In this document: piece after piece, positions 13,431-25,800 of the stretch | Position numbering within the stretch: position 1 is the first letter of the stretch | How the letters are laid out: every line of letters starts with the position of its first letter | Assembly: GCA_024679065.1 (NCBI GenBank) | Contig: JAGIQG010000001.1 | Coordinates: 112,344,001 to 112,408,000 of the forward strand | Direction of reading: 5' to 3' | Source of the DNA: Sphyrna mokarran | Taxonomy: Eukaryota | DNA: 64,000 bases | Made by a program: the position numbers and the translations under genes | The notes under the pieces: model-generated | Databases searched by the model: none | What the model saw: only the letters and a program-made list of their open reading frames with translations | What the model was told of the DNA's origin: nothing

Positions 13431-15789
13431 CTGTGGTTCCTAATTTAGGTCAGTGGGAAACTTGACTCACCACAAATCCACCATAAAGTTAGGAGAACAA
13501 AATTCCAAACTAATTTCCTGCAAAGGAAACTGACATTTCCCATCTCTCCAAATTAAGTGCCCCCACTCTCTATGATACCAGTATCGGCCAGACCAGAAAA
13601 TTCTGCCTTACATTTTAACATAGACCATCTTTCATGAAATAAAACAGAAATTTTACGCTCCATTTCACTGTACAGCCACTGAAATACAACTCAGTAAACA
13701 TGAATTGGGCATCAAGCTTTAAAGCAAAAGTGTAGAATGTTTAAAATGTGTTGTTTTCTCAGTGCCAGCAAGTTCTGAACTTGAATGCTACTGTGTTCTT
13801 TTTAAGGACCAAAGTAAGTTTGCTTCAGCTTTAGCAGAAAAGCTATTTGGAGTAAGATTCCTTCTGTGTGTTGTGCATAACAAAATTGTGAAGATATTTG
13901 AAAAAGCAGATAATTATTCTAATTGTGCAGTTAAAAAAAGGAAATAATCCTACTTTGTTACCTGAATGATGAAAGAATGACAGGAATTACAACATATTTT
14001 AAGTGCAATAGAATTTATTGTTCTTCAGCATATTTAGCATTGGAGTGTATGTACTGTAAATGTGACATCAAATTCATTCATTGTTGTGCAAGTGTTGATT
14101 TATAATACATTTCCCTTTTTTGACACAAGAATTTTCATTGACTCTATATGTAGCCTAATTGTAAAAGCTACTTAAATTATAAGAGCAGTAAACACTATGT
14201 GAATGCTGATGTAATTCACCAGCTATGTGGGATTCATCAGTCATGCTACCTTCAACTGTGAACTGCCTCTGAAGTATCTACTGGGGACAACTTGATTGAT
14301 TGAACTTGTGGCAATTCTCTCTTGAATTCTGTACCTGTAATCACTTGTGAATGCCTGTCCCTTAGCATAAGAGATACCACTGAGATAAGAAATAATTACC
14401 TGCTCCTATATTTCTACACACGTGTAAACTGTCCATATAAAGCACATATCATATTGGCAGAGACAGGCTATCCTAATCCCACCCTCATTGTTGCCACTGT
14501 ACATTCTTCACACCTATTGAATTCAGTCAGGGTTATTGGATCTGTAACAATCTCCTCCTGGCTTGGTACCAATTGTACGGAAGCAAGGTCTATGAAAGCC
14601 TGCATCCTGTGATGATAAATATGGCCTTAAGGCCCGTGGTCTAAAAATACTCATCTGTAATCATATCATACTTGTTCCATCATTTCATGATCAATATCCC
14701 CCCTGTTTGATCAATCACATAAATGACTTAAATTTTTATATTGCCTTTAAAATAAAAGATTGCCTCCTAAATATTACATGAAGCTTCTGTTTGAGCAGTA
14801 CATTGTCTGGATGTAACTGCAGTGAATGTTCTGTGACTGCTGGCATTGCAGTAAGGCAGAGGGAACTTTGAATTCATTTATACGTCACAATCATTAAGAG
14901 CAAGATAATTCTCCATTTATACACAGAAATCATCTGCTCGGCTAACTTTGTAGTCTATCTTTCTTTCTTAAGTGTTTTACAGACTTTCTGCCATTACTTC
15001 ATTGTTTTTGACCTCGTGTTCATTATCCGTGAGTGGCGTCCTGCGGTTTTATCAATGAGTGACTATAATGGACTTTCTGATAATACCAAAGTTTGTCCCT
15101 CCTTTGCATCAAAGGATAAGAATATCTATAACATGATTTTTGAATCTTGCCTTGTAATTTTGTCTTTGAAATTGAAAAGCTGTACTAATTTCCCGTGCAG
15201 TTAACTGCTGCCTGAATTAAAGTTATGACAATTATATACAAGCATTAATTGGCAATTTGCATCACTGAAAATTGTTAAAGCAGCTTTATTTTTGGTGAAG
15301 AACAAGCAAAGGAATTGCACATTTGGAAATCTGAAACAAAATCAGAAACCACTTGAAACATTCAGCATGTGTACAGAAAACAGGTGAACTCAGTTTGACA
15401 ATTTTGTGCTAATTAGTGTTAAATCCTTTTAAATATAGAAATCCTTCTTGATCTGAGACTACAACCACTTGTATCTATATCACAAGATATTAGTTGAGAA
15501 AAATATATTTAGGGACTTTTGAGATCAATGCTTTCTGCCTTTTTGGGAAAAGCTAATTTCCTTTCAAATTTGAGAGAAAAACCTTAAGATTTCCCATTGT
15601 TTTATTTGGAATCTATAAGGTTTAGAACATAAAGAGCCATAATAATGTCTGTAGCAATGCTTCAAAAAAGATTTGTACACAGTGATCACAGTGTACTTGT
15701 CATAACACATAACTGCATTACAAAACTTAACTTTGCATTGATTATTTATTATATCAGTTAGAAATAAAATAGTTGGTTGGTAGTGCAGA

Positions 15790-16170
15790 ACTTGAGGAAA
15801 CGGAGAAATGTTGATGCTTTTCATCTTCAAATCATCAGGACAGATACGAAAACGCCAAATTTCAAAGGGAACAGCAATTTATACTGCTGAGGAAAGGTTT
15901 GCTGATTGTTTGGTAAGTCAACTTTATTTTGTCAAGCCATTGCCGTGGAGAATATATTAGATTGTCTCCCATTCTTCGATTTAATTCAAAAATTGTATAA
16001 TGCTAGACACATTTCTGCTTGCAAAGGGTAGGTTTCTGCATATGAATATGTTACTTCTAGCAAGTGTAGGTACACCACTAATAATCTTAAATTGGTTGCA
16101 AGTATAATTATGAGCACACCTGGGAATATTTAGCAAGTGCTGTCCTATTGCAGAATCCTGTATTATAAAT
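15790..16170 (-). mobile_element. Penelope-derived repeat with decayed hammerhead motif
   Basis: Minus strand tgtcCTGATGAtttgaagatGAAAagcatcaac (about 15843-15810). Confidence 0.5.
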
Positions 16171-16474
16171 CAACACTTACACAACAGTGAATGAACTTTG
16201 ACGTCACATGTGAAGCATATGCACTCCAATGCCAAGTATGTTGAAGGACAATGAATTCAGTAGCACTGAAAATATGTTGGAACTCCTTTCATTCTTTCAT
16301 TATTCAGGTAACAAAGTTGGATGATCTCCTTTTCTCACTGTGCAATTAATGTTAGTTAGACATTACGTTCTGAATTTTGTAAGCACAGGCTGGTTGAGTA
16401 CAATCAGTACTCTGGCTACATGAGAACAGCCAAAAGAACATGTTGCTTCAGTTGGCTTTTAAAATAATTTGTTT

Positions 16475-16775
16475 CATGATTAGCATTGCTGTCTCATAAT
16501 GCCACGGACCTGGATTCAATTCTGACCTTGGGTGACTGTGAAGTTTGCATATTCTCTCCATGTCTGCATCCCATAGTCTAAGATGTGCAGGTTGGCCATG
16601 TGGATTGGCCATGTAGGATTGCTTCTTAGTTTGCCAGCATGTATGGATTAGAAGAATTAGCAGGGTAAATATGTGGAGTTGTGGGAATAGGGCCTGGGTA
16701 TAATGCTCTGTCAAAGAGTCGGTGCAGATTTGATGGGCCGAATAGCCTCTTTCTGCACTGTAGGGATTCTATGAT
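16475..16775 (+). mobile_element. HE1-type V-SINE (tRNA head, V domain, CR1-like tail)
   Basis: gattagcattgctgtctcataatgccacggacctggattcaattc...gaagtttgcatattctctccatgtctgc...gatgggccgaatagcctctttctgcactgtagggattctatg. Confidence 0.8.
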
Positions 16776-17142
16776 TAATAATGTGCTGATTAAAGCATAC
16801 ATTTTATCAAATAACATTTTCATCTACACAGCTTGTTCAAGTGACCCCACATTTATGCAGGGGGTTTCTCAATTGGATAAATCCCTATAGAAATTTATGG
16901 CACATAAAAATATTTTACAATTAAAATAGCTTGACAGTATTTTACGATCTTAGAAACTCAAGCTGCATGGCCATTAGAATATTGAGGTCCATAAAGTCTA
17001 TGAACTGTGTAGGAATTTTTTTAGTTTAACTGGGCTCTATTAGTTTCTCACTTGTTTTCTTGAGATTTAATGATGATCAAACTAAATGACATTCTTTTTT
17101 GTTAACTAATTTATATTGGATTCTCTCAGCTTTACAAGGAGT

Positions 17143-17248
17143 TGTGATTGTGGGGAGTATGTGACTGTGGGAATTGAGGGTACTGTGATTATGGGGCGCT
17201 TATGTCTGTGAGAATTGAGGGGGCTGTGATTGTGGAGAGCATGTGACA
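17143..17248. repeat. 41-bp minisatellite, about 2.6 copies
   Basis: Unit tgtgattgtggggagtatgtgactgtgggaattgagggtac restarting at 17143, 17184 and 17225. Confidence 0.75.
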
Positions 17249-19801
17249 AGAGGAATGAGCAGTAAGGACGGTGACTGTTGATGGACTAGGGATAGGCAGC
17301 GTTCCTTAACTTCTACATGTATTCCTCTCCATCTCCAACCTCCACCCCATTTTCAGAGTGATGAGATAGTTTTTGCAATGCAACCAATTGAACTTGCTGT
17401 TCTTTTGGTTACTGCTGGAGCTGAGGAGGAGGAGTTAGAGGAAGAATTACAGGCATTTCCATTTCAGGAGTAGAGGGAGACAACCACCAGAGGCAGGAGT
17501 TGGCTGTCGTTCACCTTGAAGGGGCATAGGAGGAGGGAGCAGAAACCCTGGTAGCTCTGTGCATGAGTGTTATTTGAACAGATGTCAGACACTGTGCGCT
17601 GCCTATGTTTCTGCCTCTGAAAAGAGACAGTGCAACACCTATGCCACCTGTTGCAAGACCTGGCACCTAGGCAGGGGGGCATCCACTCTCTTGGCAGTCA
17701 AATCGATGGCTGCTCTGAACGTTTTGCAATTGGCTCCTTCCAGACCCCCAACGGAGATGTCTGCCGCATTTCCCAGTTAGCTGTCCACATCTGTGTCAAG
17801 CAGGTCATAGAAGCCCTGTCTGCCTGGGCTGGACTGTACATCAAATTTAACCTGGACCAGGCCCACCAGAAAGCCCGGGCTGCCTAATGTATAGGGGGCC
17901 ATTGCCTTCAACACCCCCGACAGAATCCACAAGATTCATCAGCGGGAAGGGGTTTCGCTCTCTGAATGTGCAACTTGTGTGTGACCATAACATGGACATT
18001 ATGCAGGTCTGTGCAAGTCACCTAGGCAGCTTCATTGACAAGAGCTCTGACATCCCACAGGTATTTGAGGAGGAGCCCAGGCTGCAGGGATGGCTTGTGG
18101 ATAATATGGGGTATACACTTCGGACGTGGCTGATGTCCATCCCCCTCTCCCTGACAAAGTCCTTGTATCTCCTGCAACATTGTCACATCAGAGTGGTGGG
18201 CCTGGGTACTCTGTGTTAGCAAGTTTTTGGCAGGAGGGTGATGACAACTTGCTGAACACCATTATGACAATGCCCTGGTGCAAACTAGTCTGACTCCTAC
18301 CTGACCCCATGTCTATATACTGGGTAAGGGATCTGAAACCCCCAACAGGGTGCTGAGGTGGGTGGGATGGAGGGGGGGAGGGAATCGCTCATGGGTTCCT
18401 TTTCTCACTGACACAGCATTGAGGGGCTTCCCCAAGTGACAGCAACATGAAGCATCCCTCTTGCAATCATCAATGGAAGAGGATTCCTATCGAGACAAAG
18501 TTGAGTCAAATTACTCACGGTTGGGTGATAAAAAACCATTTAATGATTGCAATAAAGGCATTTAAATAATAAGTTCTAACATAAAAACTTGTGAATGGAA
18601 AACGTAAAGGTGCTTAAAAATCTAATGCAGTCCTTCACCCATCTGAGTGCAACTACAACTTCCTAACCTTATATAGTCTACCACTACATCTCAGTGATTC
18701 CCCAGAATGTACATTGGAAGGGGAGGGGGCCAGCTGCCTACCTCACCCCATTGCCTGTGATATGTGTGTAGGGCATCCTCTGGAAGCCCTGGACCTTGAG
18801 GGAGCTGGCCTGTCTCTGAGACAGAGACCCACAAAGCCACATGTACGATAGTGGAGAGGTGAATTGGACTCCTTAAAATAAGATGCTGATGCCTGGACTG
18901 ATCTGGTGGGGCCCTCCAGTACAACTCCCTGATCTCCTCCTGCTTTGCACCATCTGGCTCTGCAGAGAGGCGGCCTATTAGAAGAGGTGGATGAGGAGGG
19001 AGAGGAGGAAGACAAAATGGAGCAAGACGAAGAGGAAGAGGAGGAAGAAGAAGTAGTCTGGGATGTTTCCATGATATCCTCTTCATCCCATGCCTCGGTG
19101 TCAGGAAAGGAGGAGTCAGAAGATGTAGCCACAGACACAATCTCCTGCCTGGAAGGTCCTGGCATGGGTTCAAGATCTTCCTCCTCCCTTGGGGTTCCTG
19201 TTAGCTCTTCAGTCACTCTATGTGATGTGATGCTTCTGCAGTGAGCCTCAGAAGCTCCAGTGTCACCTGACCCTGCCAAGCCTGGAGGACAACCTGCGTC
19301 CTACCCATGGTAGTCGTGCCCTCTGCGATGCCACCTGAGTTGGAGGTCACCTGTTAATGGCACCAGCAAGTGCCCTTTGAGACTGGACCATGCCCTGCAA
19401 TGCTCAACCATATGATAGTGACTCTTTACAGCTGTGTGAATGGGATGGGAACAGAGGCATATGGCCCCTGGAAAGGGAGGGGTCTACAAATCAAATAGGC
19501 AACTGGTCGCTACAGCTTTGGAGGGTCAAAGGGCTGTTTCTGTGAATCTTCCTCTTTGTGCAGGAGGGTCTGGGGTGAGGGGTGAGGAGGGATCACTCTG
19601 TCTGATATCGGTAGTGTGGAGGGGAGAGGGTGGCTCTCAGTGCCTGAAATCACTGAGGGGGGCAGGATGGTTTCCTTGAGATGAATTGGGGGAAAAGGTG
19701 TCCTTTGCCACTTTGCCTGAGATCAGCCTGGGTGGCGCGTAATGGGGGGGATAAGGGGGTCAGTAATGTTGAAGGGGTGGAGCAATGCCTGTGGAGACTA
19801 G

Positions 19802-20990
19802 GGGGAACACAGTAAGAAGTCTGACAACACCAGGCTTAAATCCAACCAATTTATTTGATAGTAAACTCTCAAGCTTTCATAGAACACAGAACATTACAGC
19901 ACAGAACAGGCCCTTCGGCCTTCGATGTTGCGCCGACCAATATAAAAAGCAATGCCCCTCCAAACTAAACCATTCCCTTCTCTTCCATATACTTATCAAC
20001 TAACCTCTTAAACGCCACCAAACTTGGCGCATCTACAACTGCTGCAGGCAGGGCATTCCACTCCCGAACCACCCTTTGGGTAAAGAACCTACCTCTGATA
20101 TCCGTCCTATAACTATCACCCTTAATTTAAAGCTGTGTCCCCTCGTGCTAGCTTTCTCCATCCTAGGAAAAAGGCTATCACTGTCCACCCTATCTAAACC
20201 TCTAATCATCTTCTCTGTTTCGATTAGGTCCCCTCTTAGCCGCCTCCTTTCTAACAAAAACAACCTCAAATCCCTCAGCCTCTCTTCATAAGACCTGCCC
20301 TCCATACCAGGCAACATCCTGGTAAAACCAGGATGGTTCGACCCTATGGTCTTCGTCAAGTGAATGAGGTGTTCTGGTTTCCAACAGCACACATACCAGC
20401 ACAGACTGTTTACAGATTACTGATTAGAATGTGAATCTTTACACCTAACCTGCTATTCAAGTCTTAAAGTGGCTAACAATGTGAGTGGAAGGAGCACTGA
20501 GGTTAAAGAGATGTGTATTGTCTCCAGACAGCACAGTGAGGTTTTTTGCTAACCCAGGCAAGTCATGAGGATTACAGATAGTGTGACATGAAGCCAAGAT
20601 CCCTGTTAAGACCACATTCATGGGTGCGGAACTTGGCTATCAATCTCTGCTCAGCGGCTCTGTGCTGTGTGTCGTGAAGGCCCCCTTGAAGAATGTTTAC
20701 CCGAAGGTCAGAGGCCGAATGCCCATGACCGCTGAAGTGTTCACCAACAGGAAGGGAACAGTTTTGCCTGGTGATTGTTGAGTGATGTTCATTCATCCGC
20801 TGTCGTAGTGTCTGCATGGTCTCCCCAGTGTACCATGCTTCAAGACAAGAAAGGATGTCCCGAAGCCTCCCCACACATGAGGACGGTCTTAACAGGGTTC
20901 TTGGCTTCATGTCGCACTTTCTGTAACCCCCATGATCCCATGGTGTTGTCAGACTTCTTACTGTGTTTACCCCAATCCAACGCCGGCATT
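19802..20990 (-). mobile_element. Penelope-like retroelement fragment with GIY-YIG endonuclease C-terminus and inverted termini
   Basis: ORF 20572-21171 includes WYTGETMQTLRQRMNEHHSTI...PVGEHFSGHGHSASDLRV...AEQRLIAKFRTHECGLNRD; perfect 27-bp inverted repeat 19806-19832 / 20941-20967; gactag on both flanks. Confidence 0.85.
19879..20336 (-). mobile_element. 5'-truncated CR1 LINE nested in the Penelope element
   Basis: ORF 20033-20392 [36 protein letters not shown]...TRGHSFKL; tail atagaacacagaacattacagc; ttc flanks both sides. Confidence 0.9.
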
Positions 20991-21261
20991 GACTAGAGGG
21001 AGGCATTTTCTGGCCTAGGAGGGGTGTGGCAGGGGAGCAGCATTCTATCATTTTTTTTCTGTGCACGCGCAGTTGGAGGCGCTGGTCAGAACTGCAAGGT
21101 TTTGGGTGCATTAAGCCCCACCCACAGGCCTGTGCAGTGTAATTTGGATTCACTGATATTGTTGCAAGCAAAATGTGTATGGAGGTGTAAAAGTTGGATC
21201 TGAAACACTCCCAGTTTCGAGTCTATCCAGCACTTTGAATCAAAATGGTAAAATAGGATCC

Positions 21262-21750
21262 ATAGAGTCATACCATGCAGAACAGACTCTTCGGCTCATT
21301 TGTGTCTTTACTGACAATATCTACCATTAAAGGAACACTAATCCCATTTACCGGTACTTGTTTCATAGCCTTGAATATGATATTTCAGGTTCTCATCCAA
21401 ATATTTTTTAAAGGTGTCTGCCTTGAATGAAAATGTTTTTTCTCAAATCCTCTCTGAATCTCCTGCTCCTTACCCTAAAACGATACCTTCTCCTGATTGA
21501 CCTCGCCCCCCCCCCAGCCAAGGGAGACATCTACTCCTCACTTACGCTATTCCCACCTCTCAGCCATATCTCCCCTCAGCCTATCTCTCCTTATAGCTCA
21601 CAGGCTCCATCCCAGGCAAAACATCCTGGTGAACCTCCCCCATTTTCACTCTAGCGCTATCACATCCTCCTGTTAGTGAGGGGACCAGAACTGCATGCAG
21701 TACTCCAGCTGAGCCTAATCGGCGCTCTGCACAATTCTAATATCAGGGTC
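21262..21750 (-). mobile_element. CR1-type tail and decayed CR1 ORF2 fragment
   Basis: catagagtcataccatgcagaacagactcttcggctc...caggcaaaacatcctggtgaacctc...gaccagaactgcatgcagtactccagctg. Confidence 0.65.
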
Positions 21751-22899
21751 AATGGAACTGCCTTCACTGAAACCTGGATATAAAATTACTTGTCAGCAAG
21801 AAGATCTTCTAGGCAGCTGCTGTTCACAGAATCATAGAAACCCTAACCACTGTGACCACTTGATCAAATAACATAAGCCTATGAATGCAGTATCCTTTCG
21901 AGGGGACAAGGAAGCTGAACTTCTGGCTGTAAAACCTGTGTTGTAAATGGTGCCCTCACCTACCTCAGCTCCTGTTCCATGTACCTCCTTCCTGCCCATC
22001 AGCTGATCCCACCATTGCATATCATCGTTTCTATAGATAGTAACGATCTTCACCATTTGAAAGAATCCAAAGTTTTGAAAAAGCTGTATCCAATCATGAA
22101 CTCTCTGCCACAGGTTTGCCAGAGGGAACTAAACTTTAATTCAGATCAAGCAATCACAACTTTAAATGCTCACATTAACCGCAGCTCAATCATGCCATTG
22201 TTTCACTGGTCAGTTTCCCGAGCCACAAGAAAACTGTGCTGTGGTGTTACATTTAAAGGTCAGTGAAAGTCAATTTAGAAAGATCTAATTAACTCCTCAT
22301 GAGCACATTAAATACTGCAATCCATGCCCATTTGCCAGTACTAATTAGAGTATTGACGAGAGCAAGTGACTCACTTGCATGCACCCAAATGCATTTCTGT
22401 TAAACCTAGGCGTGGGCCTCTGGCACTGGGTTATGTTCATGGGTTCAAAAAAATCAATTATTTACCTGCACACTCACCTTCAAACACACTCTTTCCCAGA
22501 GTTAAAATTTCACCCAATATTGCAAGTTCAGGCACACACGTACATCATTTTCCAAAACAACCTGGCTAGAGAGAAGCACCACTGACAAAACAAAGTTGCA
22601 AAATTAGCTCTGCTTCCTCAGAACATAGGTGCAAAGTACATACTGCAATACAGATTCTATCCATACAGTGAAGGCATTACATATTATATAGGTCTTTTCA
22701 TATAGAGGTTATGGTACAGTTCAGGCATGCATAAAACTACTGAATAACGAGTACTTACTGATATTTATATAAATTTATTTATATAAAAACAGTAAGAGAT
22801 CCCATGATGCCCGCCCACAGCATTATCTGAGAAAATCTGAGATTGAGCCAGATAAGAACATATTAGAATGCGTGACAAAAAAAGATTGTTCAAAGAGGC

Positions 22900-25800
22900 A
22901 AGGAACTAAATTGGAAACTTCCAAAATTGGGTGCAGGATTCCAAATGATGTGGGCAGTGTGTAAACATTGTGCTACCTGCTGATTTCTGTGATTGTGTAA
23001 CACAGCGCAGCACTGAATATGCTGGTTAGCCTGATTTAAAGTTAACCTGCATTACTTACAAGCAGCCTCCACCCCTTTCGGGCAATATGCATTTGGAAGC
23101 AGCAGGGATGGAAATGGCTTATGCAGCATTTGAAGTCTGTCAGGAAAGTATCAAAATGATGCAAATAACAAGAGAGTGTGCTTCCAGATATTTAAATACC
23201 ATGCTGGAGTTGTTGGTGCAAGATATCAACCAGAAGAGAAAGGTTCTCTTCTCTCAAGTGTTTAAAGCTTCTTGGATGGGTGCTCTGATGGCATGGAAGC
23301 AGGTAGCCTCAACAGTCTGCACCACCAGTCTGACGTGAAGGTCTGAATGTAGTTTAGTGACCTTCCATGAATGGTCAAAGTCAGCGAATGCACCCTTACT
23401 TGCCAAATCCTTTCGACTGTATCATCTGTCTTGTACATTAACCTCACATGCCTATCAATGACTGATAACAACTATGAGTCATAGCTAGTATTCACTTGCT
23501 TCACTTTATCCTCACACATTCACACTGCTGCAAAACTCAACCACATTTCACAGCTTGCACACTGCTAGATAGGCAGTTGTGGTCGACAATCGCCCAAACA
23601 TGTTGACCACACTCACTAATCTGCTTCTGTTACGTGACAGGGTGATTCATAATAAATAGCTGCAATAGAAGTTAACCAGTGGGGTGCTGACACGGCTACA
23701 TGTGCCCATCCCTAGAAGAGGCAGTGCTGTGAATAATTGGAGTGGACATTATTGAGGACAGAGCAAGTGGCAGCACTGAAGCTGTCAGAAGTGATAGTAT
23801 GTTGCTGCCTAATTTGCCTTCTCAAATCCCACTTTATCCTCATCCTGTAATCTATAATGATGTATATGTTGCAAGAGGTATAATCATATATCTCTCATTT
23901 CTTCAACTACCTTTCATGTTAGATATTTTATACTATCTATGCAAAAACAAAATCAGTTTGTATGGGTGTAACAGGTTTTATTCACAGGGCTTTAAGATAT
24001 CTACTTCATATTACAGCTCTGGATTCCAGCTCTTTCCACAGTTTATTTATTTTTCCCTGAGTCCACACTCATGCTTAACCAGCCAAGCATACTGAATATT
24101 AATAGTAAATAAACTCATATAATCATACATAGAACAATTGAACACAACACATTCCTAACCTCAAACTTCTCCTTGTGCACTTATGCTTTCAGATAGCCAA
24201 GAGCTACCAACTGGTGATGCTTAATAATGAAGGTCCAGTGGCAGAGCAGATTGAGGAGTAAGAAAGGCCATTTGAGCTGTCACTGATTGCCATCTTCTGA
24301 GTTGTTGGTTTTGTGTATAAAGGGTAATAGAGGTGGAATCTATACTTGATGAATCACCAGACACGAGTGGGCTAAAGATAGGGAAGGGGCAAGTATAGTG
24401 TGGGTGGGCTGGGAAGGTGGACTTGCACATAAGCTTTTTTGCAGAGGACTCAGAAGAACATAAGAACATAAGAAATAGGAGCAGGAGTAGGCCATCCAGC
24501 CCCCCAAGCCTGCCCCGCCATTCAACAAGATCATGGCTGATCTGAAGTGGATCAGTTCCACTTTCCTGCTTTCTCCCCATAACTCTTAATTCCCTTGTCT
24601 TTCAGAAACCAGACTTAAATATATTCAGTGAGGTAGCCTCCACCACTTCAATGGGCAGAGAATTCCAGAGATTCACCACCCTTTGAGTGAAGAAAATCCT
24701 CAACTCTGATCTAACCTGCGCCCTCCACCCACGCTGCCCCCCCCCACTTATTTTGAGGCCGTGCCCTCTCTAGTTCTGCTATCCTTTCTAGGCGGGAAGA
24801 TTCTCTCTATCTCTACTCTATCTAGCCCTTTCATTATCTTTTTTGTGTCTCAAAATCCCCCCTCAGCCTTCTAAACTCCAAGTACAGACCCAGTCTATTC
24901 AATCTTTCCTCATAGGCTAGTCCCCTCATCTCTGCTATCAGCCTAGTGAACCTTCTCTGCACTCCCTCCAAGGTCAATATATCTTTTCACAAATAGAAGG
25001 ACCAAAACTGCACACAGTACTCCACTTGTAGCCTCACCAATACCCTGTACAGTTGCAGTAAGACCTCACTACTTTTATATTCTATCCCCCTCGCTATAAA
25101 GGCCAACATTCCATTCATCTTCTTGAACACCTGCTGCACCTGCAGACTGGGTTTTTGAGATTTGTGCGCAAGGACTCCAGGTCCCTCTGTAACGGAGCAT
25201 GCTGCAGCAACCTTTTGTGAGGCACCTTATCATATGCCTTTTGGAAATCTAAAAACACCACATCCACTGGTTCCCCTCTGTCTACCGCACTAGTCGCATC
25301 ATCATGGAAATCCAATAAATTCGTTTAAGACTTGGCTGGTTGACGTACAGACAAACATTGATGGGCACACAGTGATAGTTGTAACCTGTTGTCACTGTCA
25401 ATAAGCATTGCTCTCTAACTTGGTACAGCTCTTCAAACAGAACACTATTTTGGCCTAAGCTACAACAGTTTGTGCTGGTTGGTGACAGACAACAAGGGTG
25501 CTGGTGGAGGAGCAGTATGGAAATGGTGGCCAACTCCATTAGTTGTGGGCCTAACTATAATACAGCATCTGCCTCAGCTTTGATTGGAACACAAACAGAA
25601 ACATTTGAATGCAGTAGAGGAACCACCTGCTAAAGTTATAAAATCTCTGCTTGGTACCATGATAGGTTTAGATTGCTGCCATCGTTGCTGTGGATATTAA
25701 TGTTCAACGAGCCTTGCCAGACCTCCCAGAAATATGTCCACTGTGAAAGACTGGCAATGGTTCTGTAGAGCATGTCCTTTGTCAAGATAACAACAATTGC

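Larger units (their letters stand above)
17370..21260 (+). mobile_element. Decayed Harbinger transposon: transposase +, convergent ORF2 -, right TIR near 21243-21260; interrupted by Penelope/CR1
   Basis: ORFs 17630-17887 (FAIGSFQ...GDVCRISQ.AVH.CVKQV.EAL) and 17887-18219 (KGFRSLNVQLVCDH...GWLVDNMGYTLRTWLM); minus ORF 18743-19279 ending RPAPSRSRASRG; right end aatggtaaaataggatc shared with the MITE at 57721-58529; left TIR not found. Confidence 0.85.

Noticed and set aside
17143-17248. CRISPR-like array
   Set aside because: Plain tandem minisatellite without unique spacers, in vertebrate DNA
17630-18219. Possible domesticated HARBI1 gene
   Set aside because: Stops, frameshifts, missing IDxTH catalytic block and truncated C-terminus; transposon relic
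18945-19244. Glu-rich plus-strand ORF
   Set aside because: Low-complexity GAR repeat on the strand opposite the Harbinger ORF2; no domain or splice context
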